Positions 1 through 10,769 are shown, numbered from the stretch's first letter. The stretch: 64,000 nucleotides of DNA from Tissierellales bacterium (GCA_028280805.1 JANQLB010000053.1:1372-65371), one strand, 5' to 3'. Numbers and translations are program-made. Notes: generated by a model from the sequence alone, not told the origin.

Positions 1-200
1 TTTTGTGCACATAATTTGATTTCACACTCTCTACAATAAATTGATGTTGTATCTGTCTTACATCCGTGACAATATAAATCTTCTGAATTCATTTTCCATT
101 TTTTTGCTGTTTCTTCTACAAAACCTTTCTCATTAGCTAAAAATACTTCACAAGCACCACAAAATAGACCACAATAAGTATCTAACCTTTTTTTCACCAA
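1..200 (-). CDS. DUF3795-like Cys-rich protein (3' end runs off the window; not in ORF track)
   Basis: Manual translation from TTG 200 (RBS AGGGGGG): MVKKRLDTYCGLFCGACEVF...LYCHGCKTDTTSIYCRECEIKLCAQ; the CGxxCxxC / CxGC / CxxCxIxxC pattern is typical of DUF3795. Confidence 0.75.
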   Translation of the reverse strand, partial: MVKKRLDTYCGLFCGACEVFLANEKGFVEETAKKWKMNSEDLYCHGCKTDTTSIYCRECEIKLCAQ

Positions 201-455
201 TTTCCCCCCTACTACATTAATTTTTCTTTTTATGTCGCCTAACGTCTTGTATTAACAATTTTATCCTAAAAAAACTAACTGGTGGTGCTTCGCACCCGGT
301 AAAGGAATGTCAGTTAATCTATTGTCAATCTAGATTCAGAAACTTACACTGTATCTTCACACTTATTATTTTATCATGTTTTTATATTAATTGTGTATTT
401 ATTATTAAGAATTTATCAAAATTTAAATCTCTTACTTAATATAAATAAGGGGAAT

Positions 456-1205
456 TTATCTTAATGTGTTAATATCGTTTATCAAGTTATCTATATCAAA
501 ATATATATTTTCATATTCTATTTCAGGTCTTTCTATAATTATTACTTTTACACCACATTCTAAAGCTGCGTCAATTTTTTCTCTTGTTCCTCCTATATAT
601 CCACTATCTTTAGTTACAACATATTTAATGTTAAATTGCTTATACATCTCTTTATTAAAGTTTTTAGAAAATGGTCCTTGAATTCCTATTATATGTTTAG
701 GTGAAAATCCGAGACTCAAACATTTTTTGATTGAATTTACTGTAGGAAGTACCCTAACATAAATATTGCTGCTCGTGTTTAAGTATGAAAAATAGTCTAT
801 ATTATTACTCCCTATAGTTAGTAGTATGTTTTTTTTACAGTTTTCTAAAGCTTTTGCGGCTGATCTAAATGATGGATATTTTATTGCTCCTTGATAGTCC
901 ATCTTTTCCCGTTCATACCTAAAATAAGATACAGATAAATTCTTAGCAGCGTTTATGGCGTTTATGGAAACCTCTTGAGCATAAGGATGTGTAGCATCTA
1001 TTAATAATTTAATACCATGGCTTATCATTACGTTCTCCATATCTTTTTGATTTAGGTTAGCTGATATAACCTTCAAATTTTCATGATTTTCTATAAGCTC
1101 AGAACCATAGTCAGTTGATGTTGATGCTAAAATAATGTGTCCTCTATCTAATAAATTTTTTATTATTATCCTGCTGTCTTTCGTCCCTGATAAAATAAAT
1201 ATCAC
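456..1205 (-). CDS. cbiJ: Cobalt-precorrin-6A reductase
   Basis: SGTKDSR N-terminus, IDATHPYA, GPFS, VTKDSG motifs; last gene of the cbi operon. Confidence 0.92.
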   Translation of the reverse strand: MIFILSGTKDSRIIIKNLLDRGHIILASTSTDYGSELIENHENLKVISANLNQKDMENVMISHGIKLLIDATHPYAQEVSINAINAAKNLSVSYFRYEREKMDYQGAIKYPSFRSAAKALENCKKNILLTIGSNNIDYFSYLNTSSNIYVRVLPTVNSIKKCLSLGFSPKHIIGIQGPFSKNFNKEMYKQFNIKYVVTKDSGYIGGTREKIDAALECGVKVIIIERPEIEYENIYFDIDNLINDINTLR

Positions 1206-1942
1206 AGCTTGTACCCCCTAGGAGTGACTATTTTATTATTTGCAGTATAAGTATTAGAATTGCCGACTATAACTATTGTAACCATGTCTATTTCATAATC
1301 TAGCATCTTTTCTAATGTAGTAATAATAAAACTCTCATCCTTTCTCTTTGCATTTCGCACTATTCCTACCGGAGTCTCTCTACTTTTATATTTTAATAGT
1401 ATATCTCGTGCAGTTTTAATATGATATTGTCTTCCTTGACTTTTAGGATTATAAATACATGTTACAAAATCTCCTTCTCCCGCACAGTGCAATCTCTTTT
1501 TGATTAAATCCCAATCGGTCAATAAATCACTTAGACTTATAACAACATAATCGTGCATTATCGGTGCTCCTAAGATTGATGCAGCAGCATTTGCGGCTGT
1601 AATTCCCGGGATTATTTCAGTTTCAATATCACTGCCTTCATTAATTAAAATTTCTGTCATTATACCTGCCATGCCGTAAACACCAGCATCACCACTACTT
1701 ATTAGTGAAACTGTTTCTCCGTTTTTAGCGTAATTAAGAGCTTTTGTGCATCTATCAATTTCTTTTCTCATCCCTGACGATATTACAATCTTATCTACGA
1801 TTAGGTCATTTATAAAGTCTAGATAAGTTTTATATCCAACTATTACGCTCGATTGATTAATTGCTTTTATAGCTGCCGGAGTAATATGTTCTCTGTTTCC
1901 CGGTCCTAAACCAACTACGTAAATTTTGCCTTTTTTGTTCAT
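1202..1942 (-). CDS. cbiH: Cobalt-precorrin-3B C17-methyltransferase
   Basis: VVGLGPG, SSGDAGVYGMAG, ISLSDLLT, YNPKS, TPRGY; start moved to ATG 1942 (RBS GGAGGAG, ATGA overlap with the cbiG stop). Confidence 0.93.
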   Translation of the reverse strand: MNKKGKIYVVGLGPGNREHITPAAIKAINQSSVIVGYKTYLDFINDLIVDKIVISSGMRKEIDRCTKALNYAKNGETVSLISSGDAGVYGMAGIMTEILINEGSDIETEIIPGITAANAAASILGAPIMHDYVVISLSDLLTDWDLIKKRLHCAGEGDFVTCIYNPKSQGRQYHIKTARDILLKYKSRETPVGIVRNAKRKDESFIITTLEKMLDYEIDMVTIVIVGNSNTYTANNKIVTPRGYKL

Positions 1943-2967
1943 TGTATCTCCTCCCATATAGAAAGTGTTATCCCATCGAAACTGGTTTTTTTCATGATGC
2001 TTTTGCCTTTTCCGGAAGCCAGATACCCACAAGGTTCACATACAGCTCCTACTCCTACACTTTTATTTACAAAGTTTGATAATTGAAATTTATCTTGTAC
2101 GCTTTTTATCTCATCTTTGGATATTATCTTAATAGGAACTTCAAAATAAAATGCAGCATCTAAAATTCCTTTTTCATGCTCTTTTATATCTATTGTGGCT
2201 ATCATTTTTACTGACTTAGGATGAAGTTTATATCTATCTAAAGCAAGTTTAATTGATTTAACTATTCTTTCTCCTGATATTCCTTTTTTACAGCCGATAC
2301 CTATGACAATGTTCTTAGGAATAAGATGAACAGTTGAGTGAGTACAATTAATATTTCTCTTATTTGTTATATAAATAATTCCTTCAATATCATAATCATC
2401 ATAATCTTTATTTATGCAAATAACATTATCGGGAAGTTTAATGCTTATTTTAATATCTGACTTTATTCCTACGATTTGACTATTAACAATTTTAGCTGTA
2501 ATATCTTTTGCATCTATCATATTATCAATGTAACATCCAAGTTTTTTTGCAAGCATATCTACTGCTATTACATCATTTACATCTGAAGCAGTAGTTATGA
2601 CAGGAGAACCGCCAATTTTTTCTGATAGATAGATTGCAGCTTCATTACCACCACCTATATGACCAGAAAGCAAGCTTATAATATATTTGCCTTTTTCATC
2701 CATTACAAGAACTGCCGGATCTTTAGTTTTGTCTTGAATATATTTTGCTATTACTCTAACTACAATGCCCGTTGACATAATAAAAACTAAAGTATCATAT
2801 TTGTTAAAAATATCTCCTACAAAATCACTTAAACTACCTTTTATATGTTTATTTTTGCTGTCATTCCACTTTGGAAGAGAGTATATATCAACATAATTTA
2901 ACTTATTCTTTATTTCTTCTGCTTTTTGTAAACCACCTTTAGTAAGTGTAATTACAGCCCATGTCAT
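1939..2967 (-). CDS. cbiG: Cobalt-precorrin-5A hydrolase
   Basis: STGIVVR, DPAVLV, LLSGHIGGGN, ITTASD, GIGCKKG, GVGAVCEP. Confidence 0.93.
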   Translation of the reverse strand: MTWAVITLTKGGLQKAEEIKNKLNYVDIYSLPKWNDSKNKHIKGSLSDFVGDIFNKYDTLVFIMSTGIVVRVIAKYIQDKTKDPAVLVMDEKGKYIISLLSGHIGGGNEAAIYLSEKIGGSPVITTASDVNDVIAVDMLAKKLGCYIDNMIDAKDITAKIVNSQIVGIKSDIKISIKLPDNVICINKDYDDYDIEGIIYITNKRNINCTHSTVHLIPKNIVIGIGCKKGISGERIVKSIKLALDRYKLHPKSVKMIATIDIKEHEKGILDAAFYFEVPIKIISKDEIKSVQDKFQLSNFVNKSVGVGAVCEPCGYLASGKGKSIMKKTSFDGITLSIWEEIQ

Positions 2968-3746
2968 TTTTTAGCACTCCTATACTCATGACTGAATGTC
3001 TTATCATAAAGCTTAGATAAATTATAATTATTACCTAGGAAGTCTCCAACTAGAATCTGAGCTGTTTTTGTTATGTCAGCTTCTTTTACTTTTCTTTCTA
3101 TATCATCCAGAGTACCTTCTACAATTTTCTGATCTTCCCATGTCGCCCTCTGAACTACTGAAACAGGTGTATCTCCTCTATAGTGCTGTTTTAATTTTAA
3201 CACTACTTTATCTATCATATGTACTGATAAAAATATTGCCATTGAAGCTTTATGAGATGCTAATAATTCTAAGCTTTCACTTTCAGGCACTGAAGTTCTT
3301 CCTTCTAACCTAGTACATATAACAGTTTGAGTTACACCAGGAAGAGTGAATTCCTTTTTTAAGACAGCAGCAGATGCAACAAAGGAACTAACTCCCGGAA
3401 TAACCTCACAGTCTATACAAAGTTCTTGTAATTTATCTATTTGTTCTCTTACAGCTCCGTAAATACTAGGGTCTCCTGTATGTACCCTAACAACTTTTTT
3501 ACCGTTTTCAATGCCGTATTTCATTACATCAATAATTTCATCTAAATCCATTACAGCACTATTATAAACCTGACTATTCTTTTTTGCCCATTGTAAAATC
3601 TGTGGATTAACTAAAGAGCCTGCATATATAATTATATCAGCCTCTTTAATTTTATTTTTTCCTTTTACGGTTATAAGTTCGGGATCACCCGGTCCTGCAC
3701 CTATAAAGTATATTTTATTTAAAGAATCTTTTTCTTTAAATGCCAT
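2964..3746 (-). CDS. cbiF: Cobalt-precorrin-4 C11-methyltransferase
   Basis: GAGPGDPELITVKG, YAGSLV, HTGDPSIYGA, TLPGVTQTVI, SKLYD..FSHEYR. Confidence 0.95.
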   Translation of the reverse strand: MAFKEKDSLNKIYFIGAGPGDPELITVKGKNKIKEADIIIYAGSLVNPQILQWAKKNSQVYNSAVMDLDEIIDVMKYGIENGKKVVRVHTGDPSIYGAVREQIDKLQELCIDCEVIPGVSSFVASAAVLKKEFTLPGVTQTVICTRLEGRTSVPESESLELLASHKASMAIFLSVHMIDKVVLKLKQHYRGDTPVSVVQRATWEDQKIVEGTLDDIERKVKEADITKTAQILVGDFLGNNYNLSKLYDKTFSHEYRSAKK

Positions 3747-3797
3747 GGTATATAACTCCTTTCTATGTAATCAACTAATATTAATTAAAGCTTCTAT

Positions 3798-4508
3798 CTA
3801 TACTTTACTCTGTTTAACTATAAGAGTTGAGAGATAATGTACTTTTTCTTTTCTCAACCTGTCAATGTCATAACATATCTCTTCTTCTTCTGTCCCGCAT
3901 TTAGATACAAGAACAAATTTATTACTATAGCCTTTTGCTTCAAGGATGTCTGCCATCTTGGCACTATCATGTGAGGGCTTCATTATAACTAAATTATCAT
4001 AATCATCTAACATTTTATCCAGACTAAAACAATCCTTCATGAGAGGTAATATTCCCAAGGTTTCCTCTTTAGTACATAAGGGTATATTTACTCTGCCAGC
4101 TACAGCACAAAATGAAGTAATTCCGGGAATTGTTTCTATCTGTATTCCTTTGCTTTTTAAGTGCGGCAATAAATTGATATATGTACTAAATACCATAGGA
4201 TCACCTATAGTAATAAATCCTATATTTTTACCTTTATCTATTTCATTTTTTATCACCACTGAGTTTTCTAATGCTTTTGATGTTACAGCTTCTTTATCAT
4301 GAGTCATAGGAAATGTTAAAAATATTATCTCTGTATTCTCCTTAAGATATTGTCTAACTATATTTAATGCAATACTATCTTTATCTTTCTTAGCTTCAGG
4401 GCATATTATTATATCTACATATTGCAATGTTTTTACTGCCTTTATAGTTATTAGTTCCGGGTCACCCGGTCCCACACCAATTCCATAAAATTTTGCCACA
4501 ATAATCAC
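3798..4508 (-). CDS. cbiL: Cobalt-factor II C20-methyltransferase
   Basis: YGIGVGPGDPELIT, FPM, TIGDPMVFSTY, YLSTLIV. Confidence 0.92.
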   Translation of the reverse strand: MIIVAKFYGIGVGPGDPELITIKAVKTLQYVDIIICPEAKKDKDSIALNIVRQYLKENTEIIFLTFPMTHDKEAVTSKALENSVVIKNEIDKGKNIGFITIGDPMVFSTYINLLPHLKSKGIQIETIPGITSFCAVAGRVNIPLCTKEETLGILPLMKDCFSLDKMLDDYDNLVIMKPSHDSAKMADILEAKGYSNKFVLVSKCGTEEEEICYDIDRLRKEKVHYLSTLIVKQSKV

Positions 4509-5098
4509 TCCTTAGCTGCTGAAATTATATAAACGGGATTGTAACCTTCCATCATTGTTAAATCAGCTAAACTTCTACCTTTAGAAACAGATATTTGTAC
4601 TACATCTATTTCTTTATAAGATCTTATTTTTAATAATTCCAGTCCTCTATACATGTTTTCCAGAGTTATAAAGTTCATAACCAGTCTTCCACCTTGGTTT
4701 AAATTAATTTCTAACCACTGAAATATTTCATCTAATTTACCGCCGCTGCCTCCGATAATTACTTTGTCTACATTAGATACTTCTTTGATAATTTCAGGTG
4801 CAGTTCCTTTAATTAATTCTATATTCTTAACATTAAAAGCATTGATGTTTTGTTGTATTAATTTAATGTTATTATCTTTTTTTTCAACAGAATATACTTT
4901 TCCCTTGTTGGCTGTTAAAGCACATTCTATAGAGATTGAACCTGTCCCTGCTCCTATATCAACTATTTTGTCGTCTTTTTTAAGCATAAGCTTGCTAAGG
5001 GTCACACTTCTTATCTCCAGTTTTGTCATAGGAGCCTGCCCTCTAATAAATAAATCATCAGGAATTCCATGAGTCTTATACGGCCATCTGCTATTCAT
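4505..5098 (-). CDS. cbiT: Cobalt-precorrin-6B C15-methyltransferase (decarboxylating)
   Basis: GIPDDLF..PMTK.EIR, DIGAGTGSISIE, IGGSGG, NPVYII. Confidence 0.93.
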   Translation of the reverse strand: MNSRWPYKTHGIPDDLFIRGQAPMTKLEIRSVTLSKLMLKKDDKIVDIGAGTGSISIECALTANKGKVYSVEKKDNNIKLIQQNINAFNVKNIELIKGTAPEIIKEVSNVDKVIIGGSGGKLDEIFQWLEINLNQGGRLVMNFITLENMYRGLELLKIRSYKEIDVVQISVSKGRSLADLTMMEGYNPVYIISAAKE

Positions 5099-5711
5099 GA
5101 ATTATCACCACCACACATAAACCGTAGTCAGTATTTTTACTTACGCTTTTAATATCTAACTTTGTTATTTTTTCATTTTCATATGATAAATTTTCTCCAA
5201 TATATATTACTCTATCTTTAATTTCTTCATTAATTAATTCTTGACTAATTTTAAAAGGAGTCCATTTTTTATCGGTAAGCAGTCCTACTTTCTTGTATTT
5301 TCTTACTTTTTTAACAAAATCATTTTCTCTACCGTGAAGACTTCCTATATAAGCATCTTCCCAGCTTTCACCTATGCTAGCAAACATATACTGCATTGAA
5401 CTTATTCCGGGGATGACTTGTAATAGTTCTGTAGTAAAATGCTTTTTTAAAAATCTTAAAAAACTATAAAATCCTGTATCTCCAGAAACTATAACAGCTA
5501 TTTTGTTAGTAATGTAATTGTCTTTTATAAAGTCAATAATTTCATAAAGATTATTCTTAATCTCAAAGATTTTTTTATCTTTTAAGTCAATACTTTTTAA
5601 GTTTCTCTTAGCCCCTATAATAATATCTGAATTGTTAACTGCCCTTACTGCCTTGGGTAAAATATAATCTTTATGACCCGGACCTAAGCCTATAACTTTT
5701 ATTTTATTCAT
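5091..5711 (-). CDS. cbiE: Cobalt-precorrin-7 C5-methyltransferase
   Basis: IGLGPG, SGDTGFYS, PGISSMQY, SLHGR, GENLSYENE. Confidence 0.93.
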   Translation of the reverse strand: MNKIKVIGLGPGHKDYILPKAVRAVNNSDIIIGAKRNLKSIDLKDKKIFEIKNNLYEIIDFIKDNYITNKIAVIVSGDTGFYSFLRFLKKHFTTELLQVIPGISSMQYMFASIGESWEDAYIGSLHGRENDFVKKVRKYKKVGLLTDKKWTPFKISQELINEEIKDRVIYIGENLSYENEKITKLDIKSVSKNTDYGLCVVVIIHE

Positions 5712-6861
5712 TTATAAATTCCTCCATAATAAGCTTACCATTATTGCATAAACCCAGTTGTCCATATTGATTTGAAAATATTAAAGTTCCAATTTTTATT
5801 TCATTATAGATTCTCTGCTCACATTTTTGTGTAATTTTTTCTGCTAATATGTTAAAAACCTCGTCAAGCTTAAAAATTTTTATATGTTTTACTGCCTCAT
5901 CTGTAGTTATGCTTTCCATGATTTTTTTTATTTGCTGAGGCGAACACCCTAATAATGCACAATTGGCAGCTAATATTTCCATTCTTCCGTCAGCTATCTT
6001 ACTATGGGTATGAAATATGCCCCCTGCTACCTTTACCATTTTTCCGATATGACCTATAAACATTATTTGTTTAAATCCATTTTCGAGAGCTTTATCTAAC
6101 ATGTATCCAATATAATTACTTGTTTTGACTAAAATATCATCTATGTTAAATCTACAATTGTTTGCTAAAAGAAGTCTTTCAGCAAAGTCTCTACCATAAT
6201 TACCCGGTGAAAAAATAATCGTTTTTACTCCTTTTTCTTTTAAAACAGATAATTCTAATGCCAAAGATTCTTTCACTGCATCTTCAGACATAGGTTCAAC
6301 TATTCCGGTAGTTCCTATAATTGAAATGCCCCCGACTATACCTAATTTAGGATTAAATGTCTTTTTAGCAATATTTACTCCTTCCGGAGCATATATTTTT
6401 ATATTTATTCCTTGTCCTTCCGGCAGTACCTTCTCTACTTCTTGATGTATCATTTTTAAAGGGACAGGATTTATAGCATATTGCCCAACAGGTACGGATA
6501 ATCCGGATTTTGTGACCTTGCCTATGCCAATTCCACCTTCAATCTTTATTTCTGGATATTTGATTTTTACAGCTTCTGCATAAATCTTTATACCATTTGT
6601 AACATCAGGATCATCTCCACTGTCCTTTATAATACAGCAACTGCTACTATTTTCACCAATTACCGGCTCTATAACTGATAAGTTTAATTCCCACCCCTTG
6701 GGAGTGTCTATTTTTATGCTGTCAATTTTCTTTTTTGTATAGAGCATTTTAACTGCTGCCTTGGATGCGGCAGCCGCACATGACCCTGTAGTATATCCAT
6801 ATCTTAACTTTTTTCTATCCTTGGTTACAAACTTGTCAAGCTTATCTCTTAAACAGTTCAT
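5704..6861 (-). CDS. cbiD: Cobalt-precorrin-5B C1-methyltransferase
   Basis: GYTTGSCAAAA, KDSGDDPDVT, AINPVP, TFNPKLGIVGGISIIGTTGIVEPMS; ATG 6861 follows GGAGG. Confidence 0.95.
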   Translation of the reverse strand: MNCLRDKLDKFVTKDRKKLRYGYTTGSCAAAASKAAVKMLYTKKKIDSIKIDTPKGWELNLSVIEPVIGENSSSCCIIKDSGDDPDVTNGIKIYAEAVKIKYPEIKIEGGIGIGKVTKSGLSVPVGQYAINPVPLKMIHQEVEKVLPEGQGINIKIYAPEGVNIAKKTFNPKLGIVGGISIIGTTGIVEPMSEDAVKESLALELSVLKEKGVKTIIFSPGNYGRDFAERLLLANNCRFNIDDILVKTSNYIGYMLDKALENGFKQIMFIGHIGKMVKVAGGIFHTHSKIADGRMEILAANCALLGCSPQQIKKIMESITTDEAVKHIKIFKLDEVFNILAEKITQKCEQRIYNEIKIGTLIFSNQYGQLGLCNNGKLIMEEFINE

Positions 6862-6882
6862 AGTTAAACCTCCCGGCAGCAA

Positions 6883-7506
6883 TTAAATCATATATAGTAA
6901 TGAATTTATTATGGAAGCTGCAACTGTGCTGCCTCCTTTTCTACCTCGGGTTACAATGTATGGAACGTCAATCTTCATAAGTGCTTCTTTTGATTCTTCT
7001 GCACCTACAAATCCCACCGGTACTCCAATTACTAAGTCAGGCTTTGATATACCTTTTTCGACCATTTTTATGAGCGTAAATAATGCCGTAGGAGCATTTC
7101 CAATGGCATAAATTTTAATTTTTTCATACGTCAAAGCTTTTTCAATGGAAACCATAGATCTAGTTATACCTCTTTCTTTAGCTTTTATATATACATCTTC
7201 ATCATGAACAAAATTACATATTTCTCCGCCAAGTTCAATAAATTTTCTCTTATTAACTCCAGCCTTAATCATTTGAGTATCCGTATATATATTACAACCT
7301 TTCTTCAATGCAGCTATTCCGTTGTCTATAGCTTTAGGATGAATTTCAATCAAGTCTGCATATTCAAAATCTGCGGTTGTATGTATAACTCTCTTTATAA
7401 CTTTACTTGTTTTTTCATTAAATCTGCTATTTTTTTCTCCAAGCTCCTTAGTTATTATCTCAAAGCTTGTATCTTCTATTTTCTTTGGGTCTTTTAAATA
7501 ATTCAT
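6883..7506 (-). CDS. cbiC: Cobalt-precorrin-8 methylmutase
   Basis: RVIHTTADF, IGNAPTAL, GVPVGFVGA.ESK, GRKGGS. Confidence 0.95.
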   Translation of the reverse strand: MNYLKDPKKIEDTSFEIITKELGEKNSRFNEKTSKVIKRVIHTTADFEYADLIEIHPKAIDNGIAALKKGCNIYTDTQMIKAGVNKRKFIELGGEICNFVHDEDVYIKAKERGITRSMVSIEKALTYEKIKIYAIGNAPTALFTLIKMVEKGISKPDLVIGVPVGFVGAEESKEALMKIDVPYIVTRGRKGGSTVAASIINSLLYMI

Positions 7507-7551
7507 AGTTTCACTTCCTTGCTTTTAAACTTTCGTATAAACTTATGTGTA

Positions 7552-8931
7552 TTAAACATTTTCTAATTTTCTCTTTTTCATTTTTTCAATAAGCTTAGAA
7601 AGAAAATCAGTATTACTGTAAAAGTGAATATGAGCATATGCAGCTAAAGTGTTTTTCTTGTATATACCACACTTCCATTTATTTTTTATTTCTCCATTTC
7701 TAATCTTATATACCTCATAAATATATTTTAACTTATCATTATCTTCAATTAGTGATCTATGAAATTCATGTCCTTTTGTATCTATATTATTGTTAATTTT
7801 TATGTTAATATATCCAAATCTTTGAAGTCTTTTTGTCATTTTAGATTTAGTTGGAATAAATCCTACCATATTAAATTTTTCTCCATCTAAACTCTCTATT
7901 TTTTGAGTTAGATACATAAGACCCCCGCATTCTGCATAAGCAGGCATACCATTTTCTAAATGTCTTCTTAAGTTCTGCCTAAATATTTTATTGTCCTCAA
8001 GTTGTTTAGCAAAAACTTCTGGAAATCCTCCCCCTATATATAACCCATCTACATTTTGAGGTATATCTTTATCTCTCATGGGACTGAATTTTTCTATATT
8101 TACGCCCAGCTCCTTTAAGAGAGTTAAATTATCCTCATAATAAAAGCTAAATGCTTCATCTTTAGCTATCCCTATAGTTAGTCCTTCTGCTTTAAAGTTT
8201 AAATGCTGATTAGGATTTTTAACTATCGGCAACTTTTCAACGTCACCTGCAATCTTAAGTAACATATCTAAGTCTATAAACTTTTCTATAAGTTTTGATA
8301 ACTTTTCAATTTTTAAATCTAGTCCACATATCTCTTCATTGGGTATTAACCCTAAATGTCTACTTTGTAAAGATATATCAGAATGAAAAGGCAGGTAACC
8401 TATACAAGGAATTTTTACATCCCTCTCAATAACTGTTTTAATCATTTCATAATGAACTTCACTAGATATATTATTTAAAATTATCCCTTTGATATTAATA
8501 TCTTTATCATACAGCTTATATCCTAGTGCCATGGCAGCCGCACTTGTAGACATAGCTCTAGCATCTATAATTAAAATGACCGGAGTTTTTAGTATTTTAG
8601 AAACATGAGCTGAACTACCTGTATATTTTTCTATTCCAAATCCATCATATAATCCCATAACTCCTTCTATAACACTTATATCCTTATCTTTCATACTTCT
8701 TTGAAATAAAAACTTTAAGGTATGTTCATCAAATAACCAGCTATCAAGATTATGTGATGAGTTACCCGTAACGTATTTATGAAATCCGGGGTCTATATAA
8801 TCAGGACCAACCTTATATGGAGAAACGTTATTTCCCTTTTTAGTTAGAGCTTTCATTATGCCTAAGGATATGGTAGTTTTACCAACTCCACTGGCTGTAC
8901 CTGCAATCATAATTCTTTTCATATGCTGCAT
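7552..8931 (-). CDS. cbiA: Cobyrinate a,c-diamide synthase
   Basis: SGVGKTT, KVGPDYIDP, EGVMGLYDG, SRHLGL, AFSFYY, AECGGLMYL, GHEFH. Confidence 0.95.
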   Translation of the reverse strand: MQHMKRIMIAGTASGVGKTTISLGIMKALTKKGNNVSPYKVGPDYIDPGFHKYVTGNSSHNLDSWLFDEHTLKFLFQRSMKDKDISVIEGVMGLYDGFGIEKYTGSSAHVSKILKTPVILIIDARAMSTSAAAMALGYKLYDKDINIKGIILNNISSEVHYEMIKTVIERDVKIPCIGYLPFHSDISLQSRHLGLIPNEEICGLDLKIEKLSKLIEKFIDLDMLLKIAGDVEKLPIVKNPNQHLNFKAEGLTIGIAKDEAFSFYYEDNLTLLKELGVNIEKFSPMRDKDIPQNVDGLYIGGGFPEVFAKQLEDNKIFRQNLRRHLENGMPAYAECGGLMYLTQKIESLDGEKFNMVGFIPTKSKMTKRLQRFGYINIKINNNIDTKGHEFHRSLIEDNDKLKYIYEVYKIRNGEIKNKWKCGIYKKNTLAAYAHIHFYSNTDFLSKLIEKMKKRKLENV

Positions 8932-8967
8932 CCTTCCTTATTTAACTTATATATCTATAAAATTTTC

Positions 8968-9753
8968 TTAACCTGAAGTCATTTTTTGTGCAATGTAGTA
9001 TGGACATTTATTTGTTGAGTCTTCTAAGACATCTGCTTCAATGTGAAAAACTTTTCTAAGTAAGTCTTTGTGAATTAAACTTTTAGAATCTCCATGACTA
9101 TATACTTTTCCTTCTTTGATTACATAAATTTTATGAGAGTAACGAATAGCTTGATTAATATTATGAAGAACCATAATAATTGTTAAATTTAAGGTTTCAT
9201 TTAATTCTTTAACCAACTCTAATATTTCAAGCTGATAAGAAATATCTAAAAATGTAGTAGGTTCGTCAAGAACTAATATCTCTGGTTTTTGAGCCAAAGC
9301 CATTGCTATCCAAGCTCGCTGTTGTTCTCCACCGGATAAAGTTCCTACTCTTCTGTCTTTCATATGTTCTATACCTGTCTTTTTAACTGCCCAGTCAATA
9401 ATTTCAAAATCCTTTTTTTTGAGTCTATTACCAAAGCCTAAGTGAGGGTATCTACCGTAGGAAACTAAGGTTTCTACAGAAAAATCACTTGGAACATTCC
9501 TTACCTGAGGTAAAACTGCTATCTTTTTAGCAGCTTTTTTTGTATCAATGATATGAATGTCTTTATCCTCTAAAAGAATTTTTCCTCTTGAGGGTTTTAA
9601 ATACCTTGATAAAGCTTTTAATATTGTTGACTTACCACAGCCATTTGGTCCTATGATAGTTACTATCTCACCTTTAGTAATGGATATGTTTAAATCTTTT
9701 ATAACTTCTTTACTCCCATATTTTAAGCAGATATTCTTGGTTTGTAAAATCAT
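8968..9753 (-). CDS. ABC transporter ATP-binding protein (FecE/BtuD-like)
   Basis: GPNGCGKST, LSGGEQQR, LDEPTTFLD. Confidence 0.9.
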   Translation of the reverse strand: MILQTKNICLKYGSKEVIKDLNISITKGEIVTIIGPNGCGKSTILKALSRYLKPSRGKILLEDKDIHIIDTKKAAKKIAVLPQVRNVPSDFSVETLVSYGRYPHLGFGNRLKKKDFEIIDWAVKKTGIEHMKDRRVGTLSGGEQQRAWIAMALAQKPEILVLDEPTTFLDISYQLEILELVKELNETLNLTIIMVLHNINQAIRYSHKIYVIKEGKVYSHGDSKSLIHKDLLRKVFHIEADVLEDSTNKCPYYIAQKMTSG

Positions 9754-10769
9754 TTCTCCATACCCTTCCTTTCTCTTAATAAAAATAGGAAAAAAGGAAC
9801 TCCTAATAATGACATGACTATGCCTACAGGAATTTCTACCGGGTCAAAAACTAATCTTCCTACTGTATCACATAACATAACTATTGCTGCTCCTAATATT
9901 GCAGTAGCTGGAAATAAATATCTATAATCAGACCCAATTATTAATCTGGCTGTGTGAGGAACTATTAATCCAACAAAGCCCAGTAATCCTACCACACTTA
10001 CTGCACTTGCTGCAAGTAAAGCTGCAAATACAATAAACATTAACCTTGTCCTCTCTACATGTAAGCCTAACCCGGTTGCAATTTCATCCCCTAACATAAG
10101 TATATTTAATTTTTTTGGAAATAAGAATGTCAAAACTATTCCAAGGAGAGCATAAGGCCATAACATATTAAAATCCGGCCACGTCCTAGCAGAAAGCCCT
10201 CCAACCATAAAGCCCACAGCTCCTGCAACTTTATCAGGAAATAGAGTCATTAAGGAACTTATTCCAGCCCCCAAAAGTGAAGAAACAGCTACCCCTGCAA
10301 GAATTAATCTAGTAGGATTAACACCGTTTTTCCAAGCTAATATATAAATAAATAATGTCGCAGTTAATGCTCCAATAAATGCTCCCATTGGGACTAGATA
10401 GTAATAATTAGGAAATAGTATTAGTATAACATAAGCCATTAACCCAGCGCCTGACGAAACTCCAATTATATTTGGGGCAGCCAAAGGATTTCTCATGACT
10501 CCTTGAAGTATAGCACCTGAAATCGCTAAACAAATTCCTACAAGTGCAGCTACTAATGTTCTAGGTAGTCTTATATTCCATATAATCTGATGATTAACAG
10601 TATCTCTTTCAATAAATATAGCTCTAATAACTTTGTCAAAACTAATGTCCAGTGACCCTCTGCCTACACTTATAAAAAAGCTTATAATACAAACAGCTAA
10701 TAGAATAAAGATGATTATTATTTTTTTTGTATGTCCGATTCTATTTTTAGTCATATCCATTTTTCTCAT
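9750..10769 (-). CDS. FecCD/BtuC-family ABC permease
   Basis: IRLPR, RNPLAAP..IGVSSGA, LGDEIA..LG, GFVGLIVPH. Confidence 0.9.
   Translation of the reverse strand: MRKMDMTKNRIGHTKKIIIIFILLAVCIISFFISVGRGSLDISFDKVIRAIFIERDTVNHQIIWNIRLPRTLVAALVGICLAISGAILQGVMRNPLAAPNIIGVSSGAGLMAYVILILFPNYYYLVPMGAFIGALTATLFIYILAWKNGVNPTRLILAGVAVSSLLGAGISSLMTLFPDKVAGAVGFMVGGLSARTWPDFNMLWPYALLGIVLTFLFPKKLNILMLGDEIATGLGLHVERTRLMFIVFAALLAASAVSVVGLLGFVGLIVPHTARLIIGSDYRYLFPATAILGAAIVMLCDTVGRLVFDPVEIPVGIVMSLLGVPFFLFLLRERKGMEK

Noticed and set aside
1943..2032. N-terminal extension of cbiH in the ORF track
   Set aside because: Overlaps cbiG; the RBS and ATGA coupling point to 1942.
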